64,000 nt of DNA from Octopus vulgaris. Its lineage: Eukaryota. Below, piece after piece: positions 1-15,456 of the stretch (its first letter is position 1; each line of letters begins with the position of its first letter). Both the position numbers and the translations under genes were made by a program. Where the stretch lies: NCBI GenBank assembly GCA_951406725.2, contig OX597828.1:6200001-6264000 (forward strand), read 5' to 3'. Under the pieces are notes generated by a model. The model did not search any database and was not told the origin of the DNA. It worked only from the letters and a program-made list of their open reading frames with translations.

Positions 1-1204
1 AAACTTAAATAATAATTTTTTTTACACAAACGCGAACGGGGAAAAGGGGGTGGCGAATTCGATTTACATACCTAAATTTTTTCTTTTTCATGACATTGTA
101 GCAAAATAGTAGTGAATTATATAAATACCAGCAGTACATTTTTTTTTCTGGGGTATTTTTTTCAACCTCGTCACATATTTGCCCCTTTCAATTTAAACAA
201 AGTCTTAATTAAGCAATTACGGCAGCTTAGCAATGGTTTCAATACAGGCGTGACATGTGTATCTCAATTGTTCAAAACCCTTCGAATTTTTTCGCACGTG
301 ATGATATCATAGTGAAAACTTTCAATTACGCGCGCTTAGAAGTACGCTCGCAAATTAATACTACCAAAATTTTGAAGTTCGCGCTCCGCTTGTGTGTGTG
401 TGTGTGCGTGCTTTAGGTGTACGTAGGTATGTGTTTTTGTGTGTGTGTGTCACTGAAGCCATACATACATATATACATACATAACCTCTCTCTCTCTTTT
501 CTCCCTCAGTCACTCACTACAAAAAGTGAATAAAAAAAGTTCAGTTATTTCTGTCTTTCACTCTGTCTGTCTCTTTACACACACTAGCAAAAGCACTTCA
601 CTTACACACCACACTTTCTGTGTCGCACAACCCATCAAACACACACACACACTCACGCACGCACACATGTATATCAATGCTTTCGGAGTGAAATGTTAAA
701 ATATTGAGTTTTCTCGAATTTTGTCTTAATTGGGGGTGAAATTGAAAGAAATATATTATGGCATGACCGAATGGAGTACTTTGAAAAATCTTAGGTAAAC
801 TCTAATTGAAGAAATTGTGTGAGGAGTAAATCGTTATGTATTTATTTGTTTCTGTTTGCTGTGTTTTTTTATTTTTTGAGTAGTGGTTTAAATACTTTCA
901 GTTTAGTCTTCCTCAAATCACTCTGTCGCTATTTACTTTCATTTTATTCGTTGCACACTGTGTGTGTGCGTGTGCGTGTGGTGTAAACCACATTAAGAAA
1001 AGCATTTGACATACACACCAGAATGTGAGTTTTCTGTAAATTTTGCTACATTGGAGTTTAAATTTTAAAAACTGGACCTGGCATGACCCAATGCATTCTA
1101 CTCTTAAAAATGCTAGGTAAATTGTAATTGAAGAAATCCTATATTGTAGATTTCTATAAGTTACAAAGGGAGGCAGATAAAATCTGCCTTTTATAATAAG
1201 AGAT
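1..1204 (-). mobile_element. Probable non-autonomous Helitron-like repeat (5' end at ~1203 on minus strand; other end not in window)
   Basis: Minus strand starts ATCTCTTATTATAAAAGGCAGATTTTATCTGCCTCC (TC start then a GGCAGAT/ATCTGCC hairpin), abutting a (TA)/(CA) microsatellite. Diverged internal duplication ~705-820 vs ~1030-1140. No CTRR end visible. Confidence 0.4.
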
Positions 1205-1219
1205 ATATATGTACACACA

Positions 1220-1325
<106 letters not shown>

Positions 1326-1335
1326 AACTCACACG

Positions 1336-1561
1336 CATATTAATCCCGCAATCATCGCGGGCGTTACATTTCGAAACCCCCCGCAATAGTCGAAAATCTG
1401 CGAAATAGAAGTAGTAATTTAGTGTATATTCTTTTTTATTATTTTTTTAGTTATTTAGTTATTTTATTATATAGTTATTTTATTATATATGGAAAACAAC
1501 ATCACGGTGGAATCGACGTAAGCTTAAATAATAAACCGCGATATAGCGAGGGATTATTGTA
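1336..1561. mobile_element. Tigger/pogo-like MITE (Tc1/mariner superfamily)
   Basis: Imperfect TIRs TAATCCCGCAATCATCGCGG (~1341) and CCGCGATATAGCGAGGGATTATTG (~1536-1559) followed by TA; no ORF. Confidence 0.6.
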
Positions 1562-1728
1562 CTTTGCCTTTCATCCTTTCAATTTACCTCCGTGCTCTTT
1601 CCACCTCCATCTTTCTTATATACATACATTCATATATATATATATATATATAAATATATATACATATATATACGCACACACACACACACACGCACACACT
1701 CCCACACACACATATATATATATATATA

Positions 1729-2335
1729 TAATTTTAAAATAGGATGAAATATTTATAAGAATTTATCAAGTAGTTAGCGTGAAAAACCTCATAAGAAAAA
1801 AAGAAGCATCAATTTTTTTCTGTTAAATGTATTCATTTTTATTTTATAGAGGGCATTATTACACATAAATGCCTCACGCTAGGAGGGACATTCAAAGTCA
1901 AAACTACTAAAGTAAACATATCCTGCCGAAAGCAAATCTCGAAGCAATCATTTAGAAAAAGAATTTAGCTGCAGATCACTAGTGATTTCGTAATTAGCGC
2001 AGTTATATGCACTCTTCACTCATCGGTGCAAGTATAATTCAAGATCTATAATGAATGAGCAAAACCAACATACCAGACGAAGAAACTGTCGTATCTCGAA
2101 AATGTTCACTCCTTACACATCTATGTAAATGGCGGGCATTTTCGAATTGTATTTCGGTAGGAACGTGCTTATTCGGAATACAAATTCATTATTGAATATA
2201 TTCAGTTAAATTTATAATTTTAAAATAGGATAAAATCTTTATAATTTATCAAGTAGTTAGCGTGAAAGAGAAAACAAAACATTTTTTTTCTTTTAAATGT
2301 ATTCATTTATATTTTATAGATGGCATTATTACATA
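1729..2335 (-). mobile_element. Penelope-like/retrozyme-like non-autonomous element, partial tandem (~485-bp unit plus ~120-bp repeat)
   Basis: 1729-1865 recurs as a diverged direct repeat at 2214-2335; flanked by (TA)n; contains the hammerhead motif at 1969-2031. Confidence 0.6.
1969..2031 (-). ncRNA. Type I hammerhead ribozyme-like motif (CCGAUGA core)
   Basis: Minus strand: TTGCA-CCGATGA-GTGAAGAGTGCATATAACTGCGCTAATTAC-GAA-ATCACTAGTGAT-C-TGCAG. Stem I TTGCA/TGCAG, stem II GTGA..TTAC with inner AGTGCA/TGCGCT, perfectly palindromic stem III, AUC cleavage triplet. Confidence 0.75.
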
Positions 2336-2337
2336 TG

Positions 2338-2374
<37 letters not shown>

Positions 2375-2399
2375 GATGGAGTTGGGAATAGCACAGAAG

Positions 2400-2522
2400 T
2401 AAATTGAAAGGATGAAAGGCAAAATTGACCTCGGCGGAATTTGAACTCAGAATGTAAGGACAGACGAAATACCCCTAAGCATTTCGTCCGGCTTGCTAAC
2501 TTTTCTGCCAGCTCTCCGCCTT
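2400..2522 (-). mobile_element. tRNA-derived SINE family A, 5' part
   Basis: Reverse complement of the GGCGGAGAGCTGGCAGAAAAGTTAGC...GAGTTCAAATTCCGCCGAGGTC head seen at 3722. Confidence 0.8.
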
Positions 2523-2725
2523 ACACAGCACAATGTATTATCACACATCTTGTCCAGGAAGAGGATTTTCTGCCAATAACATTTCCGTTGCGAGAAGTCT
2601 CCCACGTTCGAGTGTATTCCAATGTATTAAATGTGACTTACACACACAAACACGCATTACGCGCACACACAAATACACACACACATGTATGTATGAATGC
2701 CTGTGTGTGTGATATATCTATCTGT

Positions 2726-2924
<199 letters not shown>

Positions 2925-3102
2925 AGTTTCTTTATTGGCCACACAGGGCTGCACACAGATGGGACAAGTTACAAGGTAGAGCTTTTCTTTTGGGGGATGA
3001 AAAAAAAAAAAGGGGGGTGGCGTAGGTTTTCGATCAAGAGGGATCGTAAAAGGGAAGAAAAAAAAATAATAAATAAATAAATAAATAGAATAAAAAATAA
3101 AA
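2925..3102 (-). mobile_element. Short 3'-terminal remnant of a Tx1-like LINE inside (GATA)n
   Basis: Minus strand ends CTTGTCCCATCTGTGTGCAGCCCTGTGTGGCCAATAAAGAAAC and runs into (TATC)n; resembles the Tx1/SINE tail at 40622-40682 and 4080-4139; (GATA)n on both sides. Confidence 0.5.
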
Positions 3103-3104
3103 AG

Positions 3105-3176
<72 letters not shown>

Positions 3177-3721
3177 AGATAGGAGGGATGAGAAAATTTT
3201 AAAAAATTACGTATGCCCATATATCAGCGTATATGTATGTCAGTGGCTCTTTGTATGTTTCTGTATGTGTTGTGTCTTTGTGCCTGTATTTGTCCTTCAC
3301 CACTCCTTGACAATCGGTGTTGTTGTGTTTACCTCCATGTAATTTAGTAGATCAGCAAAAGAGACCGATACAATAAATACCAGGTTTAAAAAGAAAATAA
3401 GTACTAGTGTCCATAAGTTTGACTAATGACTGAAACTACTAGAAGCTAAAAGCTAAATGAATAATTATAGAGCAACACCATCGGAACATCAAATGGTTGA
3501 CTAGCGTCAAAGTGTATCGAGAAGTGGAAATTTTCAGAAACGTTCACTCGGACTGGCTCTATACTTCACTTAACTTAACACCGGTAACTATTGGCAGGAA
3601 ACTGAAAGAAGTGAAATGAACTGTTTTATGGGAACAATCTGAAAATCTTCACCGTGAACGATAATAAACAAACTGACCTACTAACATTAGGAAAAAGTTT
3701 CAGTGATATTGTAAAATAGAA

Positions 3722-4338
3722 AGGTGGTGAGCTGGCAGAATCGTTAGCACGCCGGGCGAAATACTTAGCAGTATTTCGTCTGCCGCTACGTTCTGAGTTC
3801 AAATTCCACCGAGGTCAACTTTGCCTTTCATCATCTCTGAGTCGATTAAATAAGTACCAGTTACGCACTGGTGTCGATATAATCGACTTAATCCGTTTGT
3901 CTGGCCTTGTTTGTACCCTCTGTCTTTAACCCCTTGTGGGTAGTAAAGAAATAGGTATTTCGTCTGCCGTTACCTTCCGAGTTCAAATTCCGCGGAGGTC
4001 GGATTTGCCTTTCATCATTTCGGGGTCGATAAATTAAGTACCAGTTACGCACTGGGGTTGGTGCAATCGACTTAATCCCTTTGTCTGTCCTTGTTTGTCC
4101 CCTCTATGTTTAGTCCCTTGTGGGCAATAAAGAAATAAGAGACGTTAGCACGCTGGGCAAAATGCTTAGCGGTATTTCGTCTGTCTTTACGTTCTGAGTT
4201 CAAATTCCGCCGAGGTCGTCTTTCTCTTTCATCCTTTCGAGGTTGATAAATTAAGTACCAGTTGCGTACTAGAGTGGATCGAATGGTCTGGCCCCCTCCC
4301 CTAAAAGTTCGGGCCTTGTGCTTATAGTATAGAAAACA
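3722..4338 (+). mobile_element. tRNA-derived SINE family A trimer: two units with Tx1-like tails followed by a third unit with the ordinary tail
   Basis: Head with A-box-like TGGCAGAATCG and B-box-like GAGTTCAAATTCC. Core TTTCATC..GTCGAT..AAGTACCAG repeated three times. Units 1-2 end in TTGTTTGT(C/A)CCCTCT...AAAGAAATA(G/A). Confidence 0.85.
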
Positions 4339-5099
4339 TTGTAAAATAGAGTCTTTTGTTAGATGTGTTCTAACGCTGTAAAGATAGGTGTAAGAATACC
4401 GTAACACCAGACACACCTTGATAGTACCATCGAAATCAAATACTTAATCAAGAAGGATCAACTAGTTAGTCATTAACTAGTCAAATAGATCAACTAGTTA
4501 GTCATAACAGGTAAGTTTCGAAAATATTGTTACAGGAGAGTAAAAATGATTCAATGACTTGTAGCCGATTTGATACAATTAACATGTTAGATTGGTTGCT
4601 GTAGCTCACAGTTTCAGCATCATAATTTGGACTATTAATGGAATTTAGAAATGAGATACTAAAGCAAGAAAATGATTGGCGATAGCCATGATGCAAAATC
4701 CAAAATTAATAGTAACAGTGTTTATAGTAAAGTAGAAGGCAATTCTAAATAATCTACAAAACCACCATCATAATTCTAGATACTTCATCTATCATTCAAC
4801 ATCACAAACACCGGTCGCGAAATTGTGAAACAATACGTTGCAGGAGAAATCTATATTCCATCATGAAGTACTTGGAGAAATTTTCACCGGAATTGAATAT
4901 TCCTGAATTAAAAAAGAATGAACACGAAACAATGGAATATTTTGCACGCGAAATAAAAGGAAAGGTAAAACAACAGGCTCATTGACTAATGAGGACAATT
5001 GCGTTGTAAAAGTCCTGGTGCGGTAAATAACCGCAAAGCTTTTGATCAATAGTAGAATATCATCAACACAAAAATATAATGATTTCAATTTTTTTCATA

Positions 5100-5280
5100 A
5101 GGCAAGCTATTTCGAATCGATTACAGTGACACATGTGCTTAAATGGTACTTATTATATCGCCCCCAAAAATGAAAATTAAATTCAACATCGGCAGCATTT
5201 GAACTAAGAACGTAAAATATCGGAAAAAATGTTGCTAAGCACTTTGCTCAGCGTCCTAACTCCGCCTTCTCCCCGCTTTA
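5100..5280 (-). mobile_element. Degenerate SINE family A
   Basis: GGTACTTATTATATCG...TTTGAACTAAGAACGTAAA...GCTAAGCACTTTG matches the reverse complement of family A. Confidence 0.65.
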
Positions 5281-5309
5281 ATACAAATTTGTTAAATTCA
5301 ATGCGAAGC

Positions 5310-5830
5310 TGAAGGACATTGTCATCTCCGTCCAAGATGAAAATCATACGTTCATGTCATCGTTAAAGATAGCGCGTGCACTGTGCGTAGAATATGTGGC
5401 GTCATTAATCGCGTCTTCCTGGTTGTTGGCAACATGAACAAATGTAAAGGAGAATAGATCCGTCTACCAGAGAGCTACAAAGCCACAATGAAAAAATGCA
5501 GGTTCTCTAACATTAAGTTCTTTGAAAATGGTATTATCGCTAACTAGAGACGGTTGCCAAGAATTTAATGGTAGCATGGTATGGGCTATGTCAGTGCATG
5601 CAGATCAAAACAAAAGGGAGAAATGCAATAATTTCGAAACCAACAAAAATAAAACGTGTATACTGATTGATATGACAATACCGGCTGACTGTGAAACCCC
5701 AGCTAAGTTCAGAAAAGAAATGATTGATAGACATACAGATTGAAATCTCTGGAGTGTTGAACAAAGCTGATTGCACCATACCAGTAATAACAGAATGAAT
5801 TGCATTGACAAAATCGGTTTGGAAAAATTC
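5310..5830 (+). pseudogene. Highly degenerate RLE-type (R4/Dong-like) LINE C-terminal fragment
   Basis: ORF 5522-5743 contains KTCILIDMTIPAD, homologous to RTCLLIDMTVPID at 14635-15063; TIPVI remnant downstream. Confidence 0.55.
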
Positions 5831-5984
5831 AACAAATTCTCAAAGAGTAGTGACTCTACTAAAAAACAAACTGACGAAAACGATATATGAAAAACTATAG
5901 ATATAATAGGGAGGGTAGTGCCTTCAAAGTAACACCTACCGTTTATATATTCAGGGACCTGTTATGGATCCGCTGATACAAAAT

Positions 5985-6222
5985 GCTGCTGCTGCTCCAC
6001 CCCTCCTCCTCCCTTCCACCTCCTCCTTTTCTTCTTCATCGTTTTCTTCATCTTCTTCTTCTTCTTCTTCTTCTTCTTCTTCATCATCATCTTCATCTTC
6101 TTCATCTTCTTCTTGTTCTTCATCATCATCTTCTTCTTCTTCTTCTTCTTCCTCCTCCTCCTCCTCCTCCTACTACTACTACTAATAATAATAATAATAA
6201 TGATAATAATAATAACAATAAT
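5985..6222. repeat. Compound trinucleotide microsatellite (CTT/CAT/CCT/ACT/AAT)
   Basis: Direct reading. Confidence 0.95.
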
Positions 6223-7357
6223 AAACCACGAAGCCATTTTTAAATGCGTGACGGTCTTATATGAGATAAATGTATCTTTCTCTACAGTATTACTGCTACT
6301 TATCGTACCTACGTCAATATTGGAAGGTGTAAGTCGATAAATAATAATTGACAATAAACGCACTTTATACAAATGTATCACATTCAAAGAGATTTTGGTA
6401 ATGCTGTTACATCATTCTAAAGCATAAGGAAAAGGCACGGGATATATAAGGTTCATGTCTGGCTTTCCTAATGACCTCTCTGACGAAAAGGAAGTAAATT
6501 CTACAATCTTGTCATTTCCATAAATATTTGTGTTTTAAAACTTTCTAAAAGTGGTGACTACGAATATTTTTAGAGTATTGATCTAAAGGCGTTAGAATAT
6601 TTAATTCCGAGTTCGAATCCTAAGTGATAGTATCTTTGAGGAGGCGTCGATAAAATGAGTAGCGGTTGAGCAAATCGATTGCATGCCCAGCTTTCACTAT
6701 ATATTATTGGGTCTAATCAGAAGAAACCACTATTGAAATACAGAAAACGTTATGCAGAACGTATTTTCCTGTCGATATTGTTTTCTGCACACTATCTCTT
6801 CTCTACGCTCTACACACCAATATTACAGACAATTTTCTCACACGATCGATTGCCTGAAAACATCAAATGCAAACTACATGGTTATTTCTTAATTCAAAAT
6901 TAACCATTAACCATTCTTCCATATTTTCTTAACGTAATATTCCTAACAATATACGAAATATAGAAAATGTTTCCGAACTGACAATTCGTCTATAATTGAT
7001 AACCGGTTTACATAAAATGTGCATTTTACTCCATCAAGAATATTTCGTGTCCTTCTTTTAGTTCTTGTCTCATGTTTTTAATTATTTCTGTTCTTATAAG
7101 TTCTCCTCCATTACTAACAATATTCTTTTATCTTTTATATTCCTTCTTATATCATCTCTGTAATTATGTCACCTTCAGATCTTCACTTCCATCTTTTCAA
7201 TGAATTCCCAACTCCTGTTATTTCTTATTTCACTACTTTCATAACTTGCCTTCGTCATCAATCAATCTCTAGTATTTCTGTGCATGAATATCTATTAGAG
7301 ATATCGGTATATAGCAATGCTTGTACGCACCTCCACCGTGCACTCACATTAACTCTC

Positions 7358-7402
<45 letters not shown>

Positions 7403-7408
<6 letters not shown>

Positions 7409-7512
7409 CGTTCTCATACACACTGTAATACGTGTGAGCACGCATATGACATAGTGTCTCTCTGTCTTTCTCTATGTCTCTTTCTCCTTATTCACTTAAA
7501 CTCTCCTAATAT

Positions 7513-7563
<51 letters not shown>

Positions 7564-7820
7564 CTCACATATATATATATATATATATACATATACATAC
7601 ATATATATATATATATGCATGTATATGTATATATATGTATATACATATACATACATATATATATATGCATGTATATGTATATATATGTATATATATATGT
7701 ATATGTATATATTAGGAGAGGTTAGGTGAATAAGGGAGAAAGAGAGATAGAGAAAGACAGAGAGACACTACGTCATATGCGTACACACACGTATTACAGT
7801 GTGTATGAGTACGCTTATAT
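7403..7820. repeat. Inverted duplication (~115-bp diverged arms) around a TA/CA microsatellite
   Basis: 7403-7516 is the reverse complement of ~7705-7820 with scattered mismatches. Confidence 0.85.
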
Positions 7821-8087
7821 GCGTATGTGTGTCTGAGCGTGTGTGTTGTCCTGTTTGGACGTTATGGCACTCATTGCCGAACTGCACATAAACTACCTCT
7901 AAACAAAATCTGGTCCTTTGCTCACGATAATATCTTGAGAAAATACAATAAGCTTAATGACCCACTTAACCACATGCATCTCCGCAACTATTCAATCCCA
8001 CGGATGAAGCAGGATATTAACTGTTGTTCTTTCATCCGTTTTTTCTGGAGCCTGATTTTGGGTTCCCCTTGACTATTCAACTCCGGT

Positions 8088-8278
8088 CTTCTTCTTCTTC
8101 TTCTTCTTCTTCTTCTTCTTCTTCTTCTTCTTCTTCTTCTTCTTCTTCTTCTTCTTCTTCTTCTTCTTCTTCTTCTTCTTGCTCTTCTTCTTCTTCTTCT
8201 TCTTCTTCTTCTTCTTCTTCTTCTTCTTCTTCTTCTTCTTCTTCTTCTTCTTCTTCTTCTTCTTCTTCTTCTTCTTCT
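8088..8278. repeat. (TTC)n microsatellite
   Basis: Direct reading. Confidence 0.95.
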
Positions 8279-10547
8279 ATCTCCTCCTCCTCATCGCCGT
8301 CATCATTGAAATTCCTCGATGTCTTCGCCCATAAATGATGCACAATTGACGTTAAGGCAGGATGTAAGCCTGATTTCTTTAACTCTTTGCTTTGCTACTA
8401 CGATCTTACAGTATAACAGATCGAAGCAAAGTCACTTCCAATAGCTTCGGGTTCATAACTAATAAGTGAAACTGGATAGATTGGAAACAGCATAGAAACA
8501 TCGCATGGAATGTATTTGTAATCCAAAATTACAGCCTACTCTTAACTGTGTGTCGTTGATTATGCTTGATAATTTTGTTAAGGGTAAAACATATCTGTAG
8601 AATGTTCGGCTACAAACACTTTAATTCAAGAATAAAGGAATATATAAGTCAGTTGATCGAATGACTGAATACACCATCATATTTATCAAAACAGACACGT
8701 TTCCTCTTTCAGCTTTGTAATGAAAAGAAGTGCATGGTTGGTTACGACGGTATTGCGAACTCGAACCCGAATTGCTAAAGAAAATGTTATAAAACATCTC
8801 AACAAGTGACTGACAAGGGACCCTGAACACTTAAGATCCCACGGGAGATGATCCACAATCCGCACCACAAATATTGCACATAAGAAAAACATAAGCTCCA
8901 CTTAATCTCGCCGTCTTTACTTCATATAAACGAAGCCTTGTGTCTCTATAAGAAATCAATAATATATTCATTAGAAACTGCGATCCATTTTTAACAACGA
9001 GAAGTAGTATTAGTTCGGTATTTTAATGATCTTTATTTTATTGATTTTAAGATATCAAAGAGGAAAATTAGCATGGCTGGATTTAAACTACAATGAGTAA
9101 TTAACGCTAATGTACTCAGAAACCAATACCGTTTTATATTGTCTCAGCCATAACTGCTATACTACATTAAGTAAATATTGCTTGTTGATATTATTGCAGT
9201 TATTTTTGTAGTTAATTTTTAATGTCGCTAATATTGCTGCTGTTGTCATTGCTTTTGTTGTTGCTTAGCGTCATATCAAAAGCTAAACATAGCACGCATC
9301 TATGTTTAGCTCTTTATATAATCATATGCATTTTAGCCATAACCGTAACATTTTCTTTTAAACATTTTTCTTTATATTGTAATTTTATATATTTAAATAT
9401 TGTAATAAAATAGTCCGGCGGAAAGGCTCTTTTGCATGGTCTTCGCAGGACCGCTGAAAGAGAAACGAACACATGTAGCATCGCTCTGAACAGCTTCAAA
9501 TTGATCACTGTAAGATAAACTTGAGCAGAAAAGAAATTCCAGAGATTTACCATCCTGGGAAGGGAAAATAGGTTATGGTGGTTAACATAGACTCTGGGAA
9601 ACCAGACGCAATATGTTTGAAAAGAGAGGTGAATCGCCCAAGTAAATTAATTGCTGATTAGTTGACATAACATCACGCATTTTTGATGTCCTTGGGTAGC
9701 ACGATTTTTGTCCTTGGGTAGCAACTGTTATTTTCTATTTGTTTACCGCTAGAAAGTATGAAAAATAGCTTATATTTCCTTCAACCTTTGCTTGAGTAAT
9801 ATTTATTCGAACGACAAAGAATCCCCTGCTACTCCTGCCCATGATCAGAGATGCACATACTGTCAGCCATTAAAGAACATGTTCAAGTGGTTATGGTTAA
9901 CTTACTGACAAACAAATCTGTGGTACTGAGTAGAATTTTTGCTAGAGCGATATTTCTTCATCAGCAACTCAGCGTTGAATCTGTCTGAAATGAAATGGAG
10001 GAAAATAGTTCAGTTTCAAACCATTGATGTCCAGATCACAAAAGCAAAGTTTGAAGAGAATAGTAGTTATTTCTTTTGAATTTTACATAGAAGCAAAAAG
10101 GAAATAACGCTTACTGACTAAAGGAAAAAAGAAAAAAAATTCAGCTTGTGATTAGTGGCTAGCGCGAAGAAGTCGCAAAGTTTGAGTGAAGAGTTAATAG
10201 ATCTGTGAGTTAGAGGTTAAACATCTTTGGCGAAGAGCTACACGTTAGTAAAACAAATGGTCTGTTTTTCTATGCAGTCTTAGATGTTTCACATGTGAAC
10301 GTTATAGCTTCTTATGGCTCTCGCATGAGCTTCCTAGAGTCCAACAGCAATTGGCAACTGAAAGATTTAATGGAATTAAAAAGGAAGACCTGTGTGTGTG
10401 TAATATTTTCATTGCTACGTTGAACGTGTACTATCGACAGTAAGAATTATTAGTGATGATGAGACTTAGCACTTAAAATTACATTAAGATTTGTAATCAC
10501 GTGTTATTCATATTGTTATGGTTACAGCATTGATTTCTTTAATATAT

Positions 10548-10760
10548 TTAATTTGTGTCTTCGTGCAGTTGAAATAGATTAACATAGCCACAATTTAGAT
10601 TATTTATGAAATCTATTAATATGTGGCAGGACACGTCTGCTTTGATTGCATGTAACTGACGTGTGGTGCAGATGATGAAGGATTTATGAAGATTGGCATC
10701 AGCTGTATACAGGTAGGCTTTAGTGGAGTAACTCAAGTAAGACATTCTAACATTGTGTCA
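10548..10760 (-). pseudogene. Degenerate CR1/L2/Jockey-type LINE RT fragment
   Basis: LYTADANLHKSF...IDFINNLNCGYVNLFQL resembles the YADDxxLHxSF...DLxxIxxWGxxNLVxFN RT segment. Confidence 0.35.
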
Positions 10761-11479
10761 AATCGTAGTTCATATTGTACGTGTCAGGAAAAGCATAGTA
10801 TGATATGAAATGACAAACTATCTCTGCTACATGTGTTGAGAAATGGCACCCATAGCTCGATTCAAATCATTTCATATGTTAAAACAATTTCGCAGCTCTC
10901 TAAAAGAAGAGAGCTGAGAATAAGACTCAGACTGACTCCTGAATGCATTGCCGATATCATGAATGCGTTGCTGATATCAAGCACTACAACAGTATTTTCA
11001 CGAAATTCATCTTGGTCAAAGACCTGCGCTGTCCATTTGTTCCAACTGAAACTAGCTATTATTCAGGAGAGAGAATGCATCAGTTAGTTAATGACTGCTC
11101 GACACCTTTGAGGTATACAAAGTGTGGTAGAACGATTCTGCCAGCTCGCCGTTTAGTGTACATTATTATATTACAAATAAGAAGTGACAAACATGCTTTA
11201 AGATTTATAATTGGAAAGCCCCTCGATAAGTGGTGTTCTGTGATTCTGGCTTAACATTTTCACAAGAATGCCCTGAAATTCGACTATTTCTTTCTGACTG
11301 GGACGACAAAGTAGAAGTCTGCTTACACCGAAAGGCAATAAAGAGGGAGGAAAAGGCAATAATCTTAGGATTATTAGCTGCTTATCAGTACTCAGATAAT
11401 TAACTTTTGTCATATCAGGTGAACTTTAAAGCCTTCTTGAGATGAGGAATCAATTACCAGAGCAGCAAAAGTGATCCAA

Positions 11480-13130
<1,651 letters not shown>

Positions 13131-13167
13131 CAGCAGCTGCAACAACAATACCCAAATGGGGCAAGAG

Positions 13168-13392
13168 CTTTTCCTCAAGCCATTGGCGTATAATGCCAAC
13201 TTCCTAGAATTTGTTGCACATATATCCCCCATCTCTGGACTGATCATTTTTCCGTTGCAGGAGAATTCATTTCTGTCATGGGATTGGAATGGGAAGAGAA
13301 GTATTTTGTTGAATAAAACAAAGATTTCACAGGTCCAGGGATCGAAACCACAATCTCACGATTATGAGTGCAAACACTAAGCCATGTGTCTC
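13168..13392 (-). mobile_element. Degenerate tRNA-derived SINE (family C-like head)
   Basis: Minus strand head with B-box-like GGTTTCGATCCCTGG, similar to the heads at 46402 and 46950. Confidence 0.55.
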
Positions 13393-13404
13393 TCAAACTA
13401 CGAC

Positions 13405-13907
<503 letters not shown>

Positions 13908-13966
13908 AAATAATAATAATAATAATAACAATAATAATGTTAATAATAATAATAATAATAATAATG

Positions 13967-15427
<1,461 letters not shown>

Positions 15428-15456
15428 AAGAAGAAGAAGAAGAAGAAGAAGAAGAG

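Noticed and set aside
2068-2112. Second hammerhead-like string on plus strand (CAGACGA-AGAAAC..GTATCT-CGAA-AATGTT-C)
   Set aside because: Core is doubly variant and no stem I can be formed.
3722-4338. Repeated units as a CRISPR array or tRNA gene cluster
   Set aside because: Eukaryotic context, ~190-230-bp SINE units, no unique spacers, no complete cloverleaf.
4457-4507. Short duplication GATCAACTAGTTAGTCAT
   Set aside because: Typical slippage or repair filler; no further structure.
7850-8087. Possible LINE 3' end running into (TTC)n
   Set aside because: No diagnostic protein motif recognisable, so it cannot be supported.
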